From Takakia lepidozioides (taxonomy: Eukaryota; Plantae; Bryophyta): 64,000 nucleotides of DNA. Each line of letters starts with the position of its first letter. Positions within the stretch are counted from its first letter, which is position 1. Under the pieces are notes generated by a model that saw nothing but the letters and a program-made list of their open reading frames with translations, was not told the origin of the DNA and did not search any database. Where the stretch lies: contig CM060732.1 of assembly GCA_030704615.1 (NCBI GenBank), positions 7,936,001-8,000,000 on the forward strand. The letters run 5' to 3'. Of this stretch, positions 23,640-36,830 are shown piece after piece. A program made the position numbers and the translations under genes.

Positions 23640-25150
23640 ATGTAAAGACGCTGCAAACTTTCCCCGTGATACAACAAAGACGAAAATGGATTTGGAAAAC
23701 TAGAAGTTTTGGCACTGAGTTGTTTTTTGAATTGACAGAGACATTGGTTGGAGATGAAATGCATGGAGAATGCTTGCATTGTTTTTTTGCACTGTCTCCA
23801 TAGAAGGCCGACGATCGTTGAAGCTTTTAATTGCGTAATAATTGATGAATTATCACCTAGATGAAGGAACTGAAGTAGATCATTCTTGTTAGAGATCACT
23901 CGGTGTATAAAGCTTTGGCCTTATTTCAAAATCAACATCAAATCAAACTTCAAATCAACAAATCATCAAATTAAATCATGAATGCAATACAATTGCACGT
24001 CGTTGCACGTCGTTGCCTTTGTGAGAGTTGTTTGATATAATCACCTAAGTCGTAGCAGACATCCACTGTCAGGAGACAACGTTGACATCTAGATACATCA
24101 CTGGAATGGTTGGAGATGGAATGCATAGAGAATGCTTGCATTGTTTTTTTGCACTGTCTCCATAGAAGGCCAACGATTGTTGAAGCTTTTAATTGCATAA
24201 TAATTGATGAAAATGCACAACAAGTAGAAGCAGAGACTGATATTATCACCCAAATGAAGGAACTGAAGCAGATCATTCTTGTTGGAGATCACTCGGTGTA
24301 TAAAGTTTGGCCTTATTTCAAAATCAACATCAAATCAAACTTCAAATCAACAAATCATGAATACAATACAATTGCACATCGTTGCACTCCAGTTGCACGT
24401 CGTTGCCTTTGTGGGAGTTGTTTGACATAATCACCTAAGTCGTAGCTAGCAGATATCCACTATCAGGAGACAACGTTGACATCTAGATACATCAGATAAC
24501 TTGTAGAGAACCTCGGATTATGTGCATGCTAAACTTCTTTGGCGGCATCCTCGATTCCTTGACGAATTCGAAAGATTTTATCACAGAATGACGCAATTGC
24601 AATCGGCCCCAAATACTCTTTGTCACAGAAAAACGCGCGCACATGCTCAGGTAGGATGGTAGAGAGAAGCACAACCTCGGATGATTTTGCTTAGTATATC
24701 GGATGAGATCCCATTAACATTTTCACCTCCATGTGATTTACATAGCGTAGAGTCTTGGTGCCAATTTGCATCACTTGCTCCAGTTGCACGTCGTTGCCTT
24801 TGTGGGAGTTATTTGACATAATCACCTAAGTCGTAGCAGACATCCAATGTTAGGAGACAACGTTGACATTTAGATACATCAGATAACTTCTAGGGAACCT
24901 TGGACTAGGCGCATACTAAACTTCTTTGGTGGCATCCTCGATTCCTTGACAAATTCGAAAGGCGAACAATCTCATCGAAAAAATCCAAGAGCTTGAGAAA
25001 GCACCTCGGAATCTAAAGAAGAAGAGAGACAGACAACTGGGTTCTCCCTCCTTTCGAATGCCATCACAACAAACTTGCGCACATGCTCAGGTACGATGGT
25101 AGAGATAAGCACAACATCAGATGATTTCGCTTTGTAAAAAACTTTGGCTT
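23640..25150 (+). pseudogene. Tandemly duplicated, decayed UPF1/SEN1/DNA2-like SF1B helicase fragments
   Basis: NACIVF(fs)CTVS..RPTIVEAFNCIIIDENAQQVEAETDII..ELKQIILVGDH, matching motifs Ic, II and III; ~350-400-bp units repeated. Confidence 0.7.
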
Positions 25151-25569
25151 TATTTCAAGATCATGGTTGCTGCGAAACCGGTGGTTGCTATCGATATTCT
25201 TATAAAGGTATCATGTCGAAGTTGAGATGTCTGTTTCATAGATGTTTAATATATCAAACTCTTATACGTTGATACTCTTACAGTGGTATCATGTTTGATA
25301 TAGGTACATAGCCATATTGGCACATTTTTATCACTTAGTACTTTGACATAACTTCAATATGATTTTGTAGGTCAATCATTTTTTTTCTTATTGTTTTTTT
25401 TTTTAGTTTCAAAACAAACACCAGCCCAAACAATTGGCCCTTGAGGTGGGGAAAAAAAAAACCGCTTTCTTCGTCATAGAGGCATTATAGGGGTAGAGCC
25501 CAAGCCCAAAGGTAAGAGAGACAAATGACAAGTGTTTGAACCACAGACTGACATGCTGATACACGAGTG

Positions 25570-26846
25570 CCCCTCTTAGCCCAGCTAGGGGCCTCCAAAC
25601 CCTCAGTTGAACCACCGGTCGACCCCATTCACGTCGGTCATGCACACCATTTTTGGATGATCTACCCGGTACCTGACCCCCCATCACCTCGTCCAATCCG
25701 CAACCTCCTTAAAACCCTCACTAAAGAAGCCAAAAAACAAGCCTCAACCTCTCTCAGCCATACCAAGCTTCATATCCAAAAATGGACCCTTTTCAATGTC
25801 CTGCACTATAAATTATCAAACCACTTCTGGAACTCCAAAGCCACCTCAGATGCACAAATAAGGCAAATACTCAAATTTAGATACGCCCAATATATGGGCC
25901 ATCAACGCAAACACATCTTCTGGCCAACCCTATCCCATCCCCACACTGCCCACTCTGCTCACACCTTCATGCTAAACGTGATACCTGGCCTCGTATTCTC
26001 AGCGAATGTCCACACCCTGTCATCCACGGGTTGCGAATCGCTCGTCATAATCACGCTGTATGGCACATCCACAAACTTCTCTTACAATGTAGTGCAACCA
26101 GATGGTTTACACTCATCAACGCTGGCACCTACCAGGGTCGGCCTCCAGACCATACAGTACGTACTTGGCTCTTTCCATGTATCTGTCAACCTTGCGGGTC
26201 CTGCACATGCCCCACTAAACTATGCCTGGACATCCTCATAGTCCAGGGCCTCCCCGTTAACTTCCCCCCCCCTCCTGCACCATCATCAGACATCACCATA
26301 CATTTTATAGAATTCATATACTGCCACGACCGCTTCCCTAGCGCCTCTATTCTAGAAAAACGTAAAAAATACGCACCATTAATCGTTGACATCCGCCGAC
26401 GAGGGTGGGGCACCGGCCCACTCACTGTCATAATTGCTAGCACCAGATGATGCATCCATAATGCCAGCATCTCTACCTTTCAAAATAATTTTCAAATCCC
26501 TATCACATGTGTTCACAAATGTTTCAAAGCCATACACCTCACCACGCTCCGATCCCTCACTGCAATCATCACCAACAAACGACAAACTCGAATCCAGTCT
26601 CCCTCCCGCTTCCTAGGCACCTCATACGCCTCTGGGTACCATTGGTACCCATGGGGCCCGTGGGCCCACGAGTGCCAAGCGGCACCCCTTCACCACTACT
26701 ACCGTTCTCCCAATCTGCCCCAGGGTATCCCCAGGGCCTCGATTTTTACATAGGGCCCGCCTCTGTTAAGGGGCAATAGCCGCAAGGCAAAGTGGCTCTT
26801 AGTTACGCCGGCTTCGGCCGGAGTCTCCTTCTTCTCTCTTCTCTTC
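25570..26846 (+). mobile_element. 5'-truncated non-LTR retrotransposon, RNase H end + CCHC + restriction-like endonuclease (Dualen/RandI-like), copy 1
   Basis: 10-bp TSD TACACGAGTG (25560-25569 / 26847-26856); CPLC..DTWPRILSEC, RIARHNHAV, LDILIVQG, FIEFIYC.DRFP, KRKKY; CT/CTT tail. Confidence 0.88.
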
Positions 26847-28519
26847 TACACGAGTGTCTTACCACCAGACATGGTGATGTTGCATTAAAATTATAATTAT
26901 ATGAACATTTGATGGATGTTATTATATTTTCAACCATATATTTTCACCAGACTATCAGTATTTTTGACATATAATACCACAAAATGAACAAGCGTTTTAA
27001 ATAAAATAAAATAAAAAATGCTAGTTGAGTATCTTTGACTTGTTTGATGTATTAAAGCATTGAATTTCTGAAACGTATACACTCGGCAATCTACATAAAT
27101 ATGAAGGGAGGGGGGGTTGGGAATGTGAAGTGGGAATGATTGGAAACATGATTAGTCATGGGGACCTGGGGTCTTAAATACAAGATTATGAATTGGAAGT
27201 AGCGCTTTGGCCAATATTAATTTATAGCGTTTGGGAGCATTCGCAATCCACAAGTAGAAAATGGTTGTGGCGTTTGATAATAATTTCTTACAAATTTGGA
27301 AAGAGTTGTAGAAGTGCCATAGTCATTTTTAAGTCCAATGTAAGCCCACGGACGGATCATGATATTAAATCAGATTACTATATAAAAGGATTTTGTGTCG
27401 ATACTCTTACAAAAATATCATGTTTAAATTGGGATGTACGTTTGATAGAGGTGAGGGATAACGAACTCTTATAAGTTGATACTCTTACAGTGGTATCATA
27501 TTCCATATAAGATCTTAGCATATTTTCATCGGCCGGTATTCTAGAAAATTCATCATGTTGAAGTCGTAGTGCGGACCAAGTACAAATTCTTGAATTCACA
27601 AAATTTACCAATGGATATATGATTCATAGTTGTAAGCAACATTTTGGCGATATAATGTTTCGACGCAATGGGATATGAGAATGGGATTATTTATTCCTTG
27701 TTTTTTTCTTCTCTTTTTCATGTACTTTGCTCAAGCTGAAATAAACACACATTTGGGCGTCAATTAATATGTTTTCAAGAGGCATTAGAACAATTTTGTT
27801 ATATTATTTATTGGCTTTTGTTTACTCAAAAGAGAAGACTAGAAATCAATGTCAAAAATTAAGGATCGCTAAACTCCTACTATGCCTTTCATTCAAGTGT
27901 CACCTCCTCTCCTCTTGCAAATTTACTTTTTATTATCCTTTCAACCGTTCCCATACATTGAATGTTGGTTCTCATTATAATCTTTTGTTACTGCCCAATT
28001 TATGTGTAAATATGAATCCTACAACAAATATTATTGTAACAAAACTACTACGGCTAGTGCATCAATTGATGGGGGATTATGCAATCAACTTTACTGCTTC
28101 AGAACAACATTGATGTACATGATGTGTAATCACTACAACAGATCTCGGCTTTAACGTCTGCCACATTTGCCCAGTCGTAGCATATATGTCTACAAAATGC
28201 AAGGGGGCAGTCCTGGTTGCCAATTGTGACCACCAGTAGTCGTATATGCCACCTTGTACCTCCGCCACGTCAGGATCTGCGGTCAAACACGTTTGACCAG
28301 ATAGGATAGATACGACTAGGAGTCATGGCCAAAACTGCAATAGGATGACGTGGGCATGATAATGTATGACTGCCAGTATTCACGACTGCACGTGGCGATT
28401 GCCGGTTGCCCAAGGAGTGTCTACCTGGACGATACAAATATAAATGGATGAAACAGATGCAGGATGTGATTGCAAATGACGAGGTGTCAATATATCATTG
28501 CTCGCGGGCACTAAGCCAC

Positions 28520-28970
28520 ACCTTATGAATGAAGAAATGAATGGATGAATGAATGATTAGGATGAATTAGGATGAATGTGCTCGAATTTAGGGTTGCTAG
28601 GTCGCAGTGTAAAGTATGAGGATAATAAGTAGTAAAAATATTTAATTATTGTTTCACTGACCCAGCAGATTAATAGTAACTATTGGATGAGCGTATCAAA
28701 CATAACTTTTGTGCACTGGATGAATGTATGAACGAATGATACAACAAACGCCTTGCTGGCAACTATTGGATGAACGGAGGAACGAATGATAATGCAAACA
28801 CTGAGCTGGCAGCTATTGGATGAACTGACAGTGAAACTCATTTAAAGATTTATTTTGGATGAATGGATGAAATTAAAATGGCCATAAAATGGAAAAACAA
28901 ATGAATGGATGGATGTATTGATGGAAAACCCAAAATCCATCCATCTATCGCTACATTCATCCATCCAGTC
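28520..28970. repeat. GGATGAA(T)-rich subterminal repeats of the CACTA element
   Basis: Many GGATGAA/GAATGAA units, followed by inverted ATCCATCC. Confidence 0.7.
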
Positions 28971-29204
28971 ATGAGTAGAGGGGACTTAGCATTTTTTTTG
29001 TCTCCCCTGCCATTTGTTTGTTTTCTTTGTGTCGAGTTTGATTGTGAGAGACGACAAACGGGACGGAGCTGTGTTTGCTTTCTTATAGTGTCGAGGCTGA
29101 TCATGAGAGACGTCGAATAGGGCGGAGCTATGTTTGTTTTGTTTTAGGGTCGAGTCTGATCATGAGAGACGATGAGCGGAGTTGGTGGGATAGGGGGCAG
29201 ACAG

Positions 29205-29285
29205 GGACTCAAACCCTAGAATCAGGGCATGAAGATGTGGTGCACGATGTGGCCATCGACTACTATGGGAAGCGGCTGGCCACCT
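29205..29285 (+). pseudogene. SEC13: Captured Sec13 (WD40) N-terminal fragment
   Basis: QTLESGHEDVVHDVAIDYYGKRLAT matches the Sec13 first WD repeat; similarity ends abruptly. Confidence 0.82.
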
Positions 29286-29671
29286 TCATGATGGACAACC
29301 TCAATCGGAAGGTGTGGCTTTTTCTGAGGACTTGGGCATTCGGTTGATAGCAAAGAATCGGCACTAAAGACTAGCTCATGAAGCTCAAGAGCACCTGTAC
29401 TCACCTGAATGTTTGTTGGCACTGCCGTTTCCATGTAGTGGTGAGCCCTTGCATTATGGTGCTACTGTCCAATGTAGGCAAACCAGTGATGCACTGCCCA
29501 AGAAATGATTTATCCAGCTCCTGTTTCGCCTATGGAGCTCAGAGTAACCTAGCCACAGTATAACCAAATGAATTGGTTCTTTTGTTGTGCAGATTCTTTG
29601 TCTCTCTCTTCAAGATTGAGGCCCATATGTTGCGATTCTATGCAATGCACTTTCTCTTTCTGAATATAGTC

Positions 29672-29746
29672 CCTTTTGTTTCCGCTCAAACTTGGCGCGG
29701 GGTCAATGGCCACAAGGCTACGGCAAACAACGTCTTATGAGTACAT
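29672..29746 (+). mobile_element. 75-bp LINE 3'-end insertion, same family as 9530-11472
   Basis: Matches ~11388-11463; 17-bp TSD TCTTTCTGAATATAGTC at 29655-29671 and 29747-29763. Confidence 0.92.
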
Positions 29747-30976
29747 TCTTTCTGAATATAGTCTCCATCATTTGTTGTTGCAGTTTTCTACACCTTACAA
29801 GATGCAAAGAAGGAAGGATGGATAAGTGATATCGAGCACCTCTCCAAAATGTTTGTACGTTCCTCGTATTCTCTGTAGAAGTGACACATTCACATGTAGT
29901 AGGTAACTCTGCACACCCAAAATGATCCATTGGGGGACAGAAGGGCTGAGAGCAAGAGATATTGGTGGGGGTTTCAGCGTGACCTGGTGGTCCAATATTT
30001 GAATTTGGGTAATATTACCAGTGGAAGAGAGAGAAAAGGGCAGTTTGGAAGGCAAGTCCTTATCAAGGATGTGTTTCTCACTTGTGAATCATCTCAAGAC
30101 CTGTTTTCCAGGATTCTGCCACTTCATTAACAAATCTAGAGGTAGTAAGTGTTCCCCAAATTTTTGAGCACTTCCCTGCAAAAAACAAGTCTTGGGCAGA
30201 GCACTAGATACTCATCTTTACAGTCACCAGGGTTCTGCGACACTTGCCTCGTGCCATGATCGACAAAAGTGGTTCTCCCTGACAATAAGAATAGCACTGC
30301 CTTCACTCTGACAAGATCTGAAGAGTTTAGACGTAGGATGATAACAACCATTGGCCAAAGTAGATTGGGTAGTGCTGCTCAAGCCTGAATGATTCTATGA
30401 GCGGTACATGCATCCACTTGGGGTGAAAGAGCTAATAAGGGACATCAGTGAAAGATTGGCACGGAAAAGCAAGTGCGGGAAAGTGGGGTCAATGATTGGG
30501 ATTTTGCTGGTGTTTGTAGGTGGAAATTCAGGCAAGGGCAGCACAGTTGTCTATTCCCAATGAGTATGGGGCCTTAATTTCCTGGCAGGGTGGGGTTGGT
30601 CTCAATGCGCAAACCTCGCAGGACAAAACAGGTTTGTGCTTCTTTGGGCTACAGGTTATTAAAGCTGGGGAATCTATGGGCCACAAAAGCCACATACGGC
30701 AAGTATAATAAGTACATCTCCCTCTCTAAATTAACATCTTCTTCTTGAATGTGACAGGTTGGAAAATATAAGCAGCTGGAAAGAAATGAACAGAATCTCT
30801 AGTAGGTTATCATTTTTGGGGTTCGCACTCACCCAGATTTAGCTTATCGCTACAACTCAGCTGCAGGTATAAACTTATTTTCCCACAATTGCCGTTAAGG
30901 CACTCACATAGGCACTTTTCCGCTTGCAAACTCGACAGCCCGGTTGTAGGGTTATTTGATTTTAATTTTATAGCCC

Positions 30977-31007
<31 letters not shown>

Positions 31008-31108
31008 CTGGGGGGGGGGGGGTGAGTGTGTGAGAGAAGTTATGCTGATGATGCTGGTCTACATGTGGGTATGTGAATGTATAGGGGTGTGGAACAGTGG
31101 TCACAGGG

Positions 31109-31150
31109 TTAAGGTTGGCGATGAAGTTGAAGTGGTTGGGCTTCACACGG
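31109..31150 (+). pseudogene. Captured EF-Tu domain-2 exon fragment
   Basis: RVKVGDEVEVVGL, flanked by CAG and GTAAC; short match. Confidence 0.55.
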
Positions 31151-31829
31151 TAACAATCTTCCTTGCACAGAAACCTGGGCCCATATAACTTTCCTTCCTT
31201 TGGCAATGTCAGTACAGGGATTTGCCGTGTGATTCACTTCAGTTGGATCATGATATAAGGTCAAGGACAATGTGGTGAGGGCACCTTCTTCTTTGACCTA
31301 TTTCAGCCTATTTTGCCCTCTCACCAGACTTGGCCCTGAGATGCATATTGAATTCTGTAAGTTAGCTCGAACGTTGCTCGTTGATAAGTAGGGTTGGGGG
31401 TGTTTGCTGGAACAATTCTAGGCTGTCATTGTCAGCTGCTAGCAGGAAGGCAAAGATGTATGCATGATTTTGTGCAGAGGCATAGATAGCTGAAGGAGCA
31501 GGGATAGAGTGTGAGTCCAGATTCATCCAAGAGGGCCAGATTTCAAGCTCCACATTACCTATGATTCCCTGTGGAAGGATAGATACAAAAAACCTGCATG
31601 GGTAGATGGTCAACTGGAAGCCGCAGCAGCAGCGACACAATTGAAAATCAGACACTGCTAATGAAGGCACCTTCTTCAACACATTTCACCCCCTCTTATC
31701 AAAATCGGCCCTAAATTTTCATGTTGAATTCTGCAAGTTAGCTGTTGAGTGAATCTAGTTTGGAGTGACTTTGACATGATACTACCAATGTGACAAGGAT
31801 ATGCATTGAACTCATTGGTAGCGGGATAT

Positions 31830-32620
31830 TGGGATAACTCTTGGCCATGTGCCATCGTCAAAGCTGAAATTGTGGTAGTTGTCATTCTGAACACTGCCCT
31901 AGTGGACATGTATGCCAAATGTGGGTGCAGCAAGCCTGATGCGAAGGGAGAGTTCGACAACATAGCTAAATGAGATGTGGTGTTGTGGAGTGCCATGATT
32001 GCAAGGTATGTGCAACATGGGTGTGGGATTAAGGCTTTGGAAACCTAAGAGCAAATGATGTGGGAAATGATGAAGCCAGATGAGGTCATGTACATTTGTG
32101 TTTGTAATATGCATATGCGAGCCTAGAAGCCCTGGGAAGGGGCCAAGAGGTTCATGGTGACATCATCAAAGCTGGAATTGTACCTGATGTCCTTCTGAAC
32201 ATTCCCTTGGTGTACATGTATGTCAAATGCGAGCCTGGTAGCCCTGGAAAGGACGCAAAGGTCCATGGTGACATTGTCAAAGTTGGAATTGTACCACTAG
32301 ATGTCTCTAAACACTGCCTTGGTGGATATGTATGTCAAATGCAAGCCTGGCAGCCCTGAAAAAAGATGCAAAGGTCCACGGTAATATCGTCAAAGCTGGT
32401 ATTGTATCTGATGTGATTCTGAACGTTGCCATAGTGGACATGTATGCCAAGTTTGGGTACAACTACTAGGATACAAATGGCATGCAGTTTGATAATATGG
32501 CTGAATGAGATGTGGTATCAGCCTAGCCCATAATTGCACTTAACTAGAGTAGGCAATGAGTGAAGACGGGTTCATGGTGACATCGTCCAAGCTGGAATTG
32601 AATTGATGTCGTTCTGAAAT
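31830..32620 (+). pseudogene. PLS-class PPR gene fragments with ~113-bp tandem units
   Basis: [47 protein letters not shown] repeated; stops and frameshifts. Confidence 0.85.
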
Positions 32621-32639
32621 ATGCACACCCAGCCCGGTT

Positions 32640-35600
32640 CTATCAAGAAAGGGAAGAAGACATTCAAATCAGTGAAGTACCTGCCACAATTGCAACCATC
32701 GGACAAGAGATTGCAGGATGGACAGTAACGGAAGAAACTCAATTGATTCAAATGAATCTGGGAACAATGGAAGAACCACAGATAATACGAGTAAGTGCAG
32801 GTCTTGAATAATCATTTCTACAAGAAGCCACCACATTATTCACTGAATACAAGGATGTATTTGCTTGGAACTACAAGGATTTGAAGGGTATACCTTCTAA
32901 CATCTATCAGCACCGAATTGAATTGGAAGTTGACACAAAACCACAAAACCAATTCGTCAGAACCGTTACAGAATGAACCCCAACTATGCAGCTAAAGTTT
33001 GGGAAGAAATCAAGAAGTTACTAGATGCAGGATTCATATACCCAGTAGAGACACCACAATGGTTATCGCCCATTGTGATAGTACCCAAGAAAAATGGAAA
33101 ACTACGAGTGTGTGGACTACCGCAAGTTAAACGCAGGAACCAAGAAAGAACCTTTTCCACTACCTTTCACTGAAATAGTGTTGGACACAGTGGCTGGACA
33201 TGAGATGTACTCATTCATGGATGGGTTTAGTGGGTACAACCTGGTACAGATGGCAGAAGAAAACCGAGAAAAGACCGCATTCGTCAATGAATGGGGAGCG
33301 TATGCTTACAAAGTCATGCCATTTGGACTTTGCAATGCACCAGCCACATTTCAACGAGCAGTATCTGAGATATTCAAGAACTATCTCAATGATTTTTTGC
33401 AGGTATTTTTGGATGATTTCAGTGTCTTTGGACATAAATCCAAACATTTGGCACAGTTAAAACTTTGCTTACAAGCCTGCAGAAACAATGGAGTAAGTCT
33501 CAACCCGGAAAAATGTACATTCTGTGTGAATTCAGGATTATTATTGGGACACATTGTGTGCCAACAGGGAATTCTGGTAGATCCAAAGAAAGTGGAGGTT
33601 ATCCAGAAAATGCCACCACCAGAAAATCCCAAGAAACTCAAGAGATTTTTGGGACAAACGAGCTATTACAGAAGGTACATGGACAAATATGCTCACAGAG
33701 CGGCATCGGTCTATAGACTGCTGAAGCAAGATGCCGAATATCGATGGTCTCCAGCTTGCCAGAAATCATTGATTCACTAAAAAAGGCACTCACAGCAGCA
33801 CCAATTCTGATAAATCCAAGATGGGATTTACCATTTCATGTACACAGTGATACATCAGGCATTGCTTTGGGAGCGGTTCTAGATCAGAATATAACAGGCA
33901 TTATAGATTCACCAATCTATTATGCAAGCAGATTGTTGACAGCAGCAGAAAAGAACTATAGCACCACAGAAAGGGAAGCATTGGCAATGATTTATGCTGT
34001 TAAAAAATTTCGGCATTATTTACTTGGCAATCGCTTTAAGTTTATTGTTGACATCAGGCTCTAGTTCATTTAGCAAATCGACCACTAGCTACTGGCAGGG
34101 TTGCTCGATGGTTATTACTTCTTCATAAGTATGACTTTGAAGTTGTTCATAAACCAGGGAGATTACATGTTACAGCAGATCATCTGTCAAGGATTACTAT
34201 AGAAGAACTAGCCACGGGGGTAGAGGATCAACTTCCCGATGCATTTCTGTTTGCTGTTCAACCAGAAGCACCAGATGAAGAGACATATATTATAAATGCT
34301 CTGGGAATGTTTCAAGGAGACTATGACCTTCCAAATGCTCTCAAACTCATGGACGACACGGATGAAGAAGAAGATTCATCCGATGAAGATGAACCTCTTG
34401 ATGAAGGACTTATTATTGAAGAAGAGCCAGATCCAGAAGAAGAAGATGACAAGGAAAACGAAGAAACAAACAATCAAGAATTGGCCAATATCAGTATTGG
34501 AGCTTATACAGTCACCAAAGAAGAATCGGAAGATATTCAAGATCAAGATCAAGATGATTGGCAATGGCCAATCAAATACTATCTGAACACAGGGAAATTT
34601 CCTGAAGATTACACCAAAGATGACAGGATGAAACTTTCAATGAAAAGCAAGCCATACACATTAATCAAAGGGATTCTGTACAAAAGAGGAATTGACTCCA
34701 TAATGAGAAGATATGTAAACAAAGACCAAGCCAAAACAATAATGCAAGAACTACACAAAGGAATTGTAGGTGGACACTTCAGTTCGGACCTGACAGCAAA
34801 GAAAATATTACTAGCAGGCTACTGGTGGCCTACTATATTTGGAGATAGTTATGAACACTGTCAACAGTGTGATGTCTGCCAGAGGATAGGACCAGTAGAA
34901 CGAACGGGGAAGGGGACTCTGCACCCAATACTACCAACAGAACCATTTCAGCGTTGGGGGCTAGACTTTGTGGGACCCATTAAACCTCCAGCAAGGTACA
35001 CACAAAACCAATACATCCTCACAGCCACTGACTACACTACCAAATGGGTAGAGGCCAAGGCACTAAGAGACAACACTGCCAGATCAACAGCCAAATTCTT
35101 CTATGAAAACATCATCACCCGATTTGGTTGCCCACTGGAATTCGTCAGTGATCAGGGATCACATTTCATAAATGATGCCATAAAATGCTTGACAAAGGAA
35201 TTCATGATTGTACAGCACAAGAGTACTGCTTACTATCCTCAAGGAAACAGTCAGGCCGAATCTACCAACAAAATATTATGCACTATCTTAACCAAGATAA
35301 TAAATGCCAATCGTACAGATTGGGACACCAAATTGAACACAACACTATGGGCATTCAGAACATCATACAAGGTGACCACGAAGCATACACCATTTCAATT
35401 GGTGTATGGAGCAGAGGCACTATTACCCATTGAATGTATGATATCCACACTACGAACCGGAACTCATGAACGATGGGGTTTAGAAGAATCCTTACGAGTC
35501 AGGGAATATGAGTTATTCCATTTGGAAGAAGTTCGAACAGATGCCGCAGATAATATGGCACGGATTCAGGAACAACAAAGGAAAAGAATATCCGAAGGGA

Positions 35601-36052
35601 AAGATAAATCTTTCCAGGACGGGGACATTGTATTATGGTTACCAAAAATCAAGAAGATCAAACTGGGCGGAAAATTGAAAATGCCATGGATGGGACCATT
35701 TCAAATCAAAAGGGTACATGACAATGGAACTGTTGATTTGCAAACCTTGGAACAAGAATTCGTGGGACGAATTAATATTAACAAGTTAAAAGGCTATCAA
35801 GGAATACATGACAAAGCCCTTATACATGATTTATACGCCAACGAGGAAGATCAAATTGAAGATGAGGAGCGCGAAACCACCAATGCGTACTACATTCATC
35901 ACGACACGGTGAATCAGCATGTACTAAGACAGGTGGCAACACAAATTAGGGCACCACGACGGCTAGACCACCATTTATCTGGAGGACAGCATTACCACCC
36001 CGTATACCGTATGGTGAACCGTGGCCAGCACAGATGCCCTACAGAACAGTGA
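32640..36052 (+). mobile_element. pol: Ty3/gypsy pol fragment (RT, RNase H, integrase), frameshifted, no LTRs seen
   Basis: [91 protein letters not shown]. Confidence 0.95.
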
Positions 36053-36519
36053 ACGAATACGAAACGGCCAACGAGTCACTGCTTGTGTTAAACTCCGAGA
36101 TGTACGCTCCAGATCACCCCACCGACAGTGGTAATCATACACCACTACCCTTCGATCATAACACAGAGGCAGAACGACGGCGCAATCCAACGGATTGCCA
36201 AAAGACGGCGGATGATAAGGGCAAAGTCATTAAACCAAGCTGCAAGTACTACGCCCACGCCGCCCATCTAAAAACGGACCACGTACCAAAGTGGATGAAC
36301 ACAGCTCAGAGGGATGAACATAAACTGACCGAAACTGGACAATCATCAACGACCATCAATTTTAAACAAAACAAATCACGAAGAAAAAACCAACGGAAGA
36401 AAATCAAGCACAAAAGGGATGAAGTTTTCTCAAAAAGTGAGGGCGTGCAGAGCAGGAGCGTGGGATGGGGCATGGGAGACCTGAAAGGAAATGATGGGAG
36501 AAGGGATGAAGCTCGACCA

Positions 36520-36830
36520 CATCAAGTTTGTGTGCGTGTGCAAGCCTGGCAGCCCTGGAAAGCACATGCAAAGAGGTACATGGTTGCATCACCAAAGCTG
36601 GAATTGTACCAGATGTGATTCTGAACAATACCCTCATGGGCATGGATAGCTGAAGGAGCAGGGATAGAGTGTGGGTGCAGATTCATCCAAGATGGCCAGA
36701 TTTTCAAGCTCCATATTACCTATGATTCACTCTGGAAGGATAGCTACAAGAAACCTGCATGGGTAGATGGTCAACTGGAAACCGTAGTAGCAGCGGCACA
36801 GTTGATAAAATCAGGCACTGCTATCGAAGG
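36520..36830 (+). repeat. PPR fragment plus a duplicate of 31478-31670
   Basis: GATAGCTGAAGGAGCAGGGATAGAGTGTG...CAACTGGAA occurs at both sites. Confidence 0.85.

Noticed and set aside
32640-36520. Intact nested LTR retrotransposon
   Set aside because: No LTRs, PBS or gag; frameshifted; flanked directly by PPR fragments.
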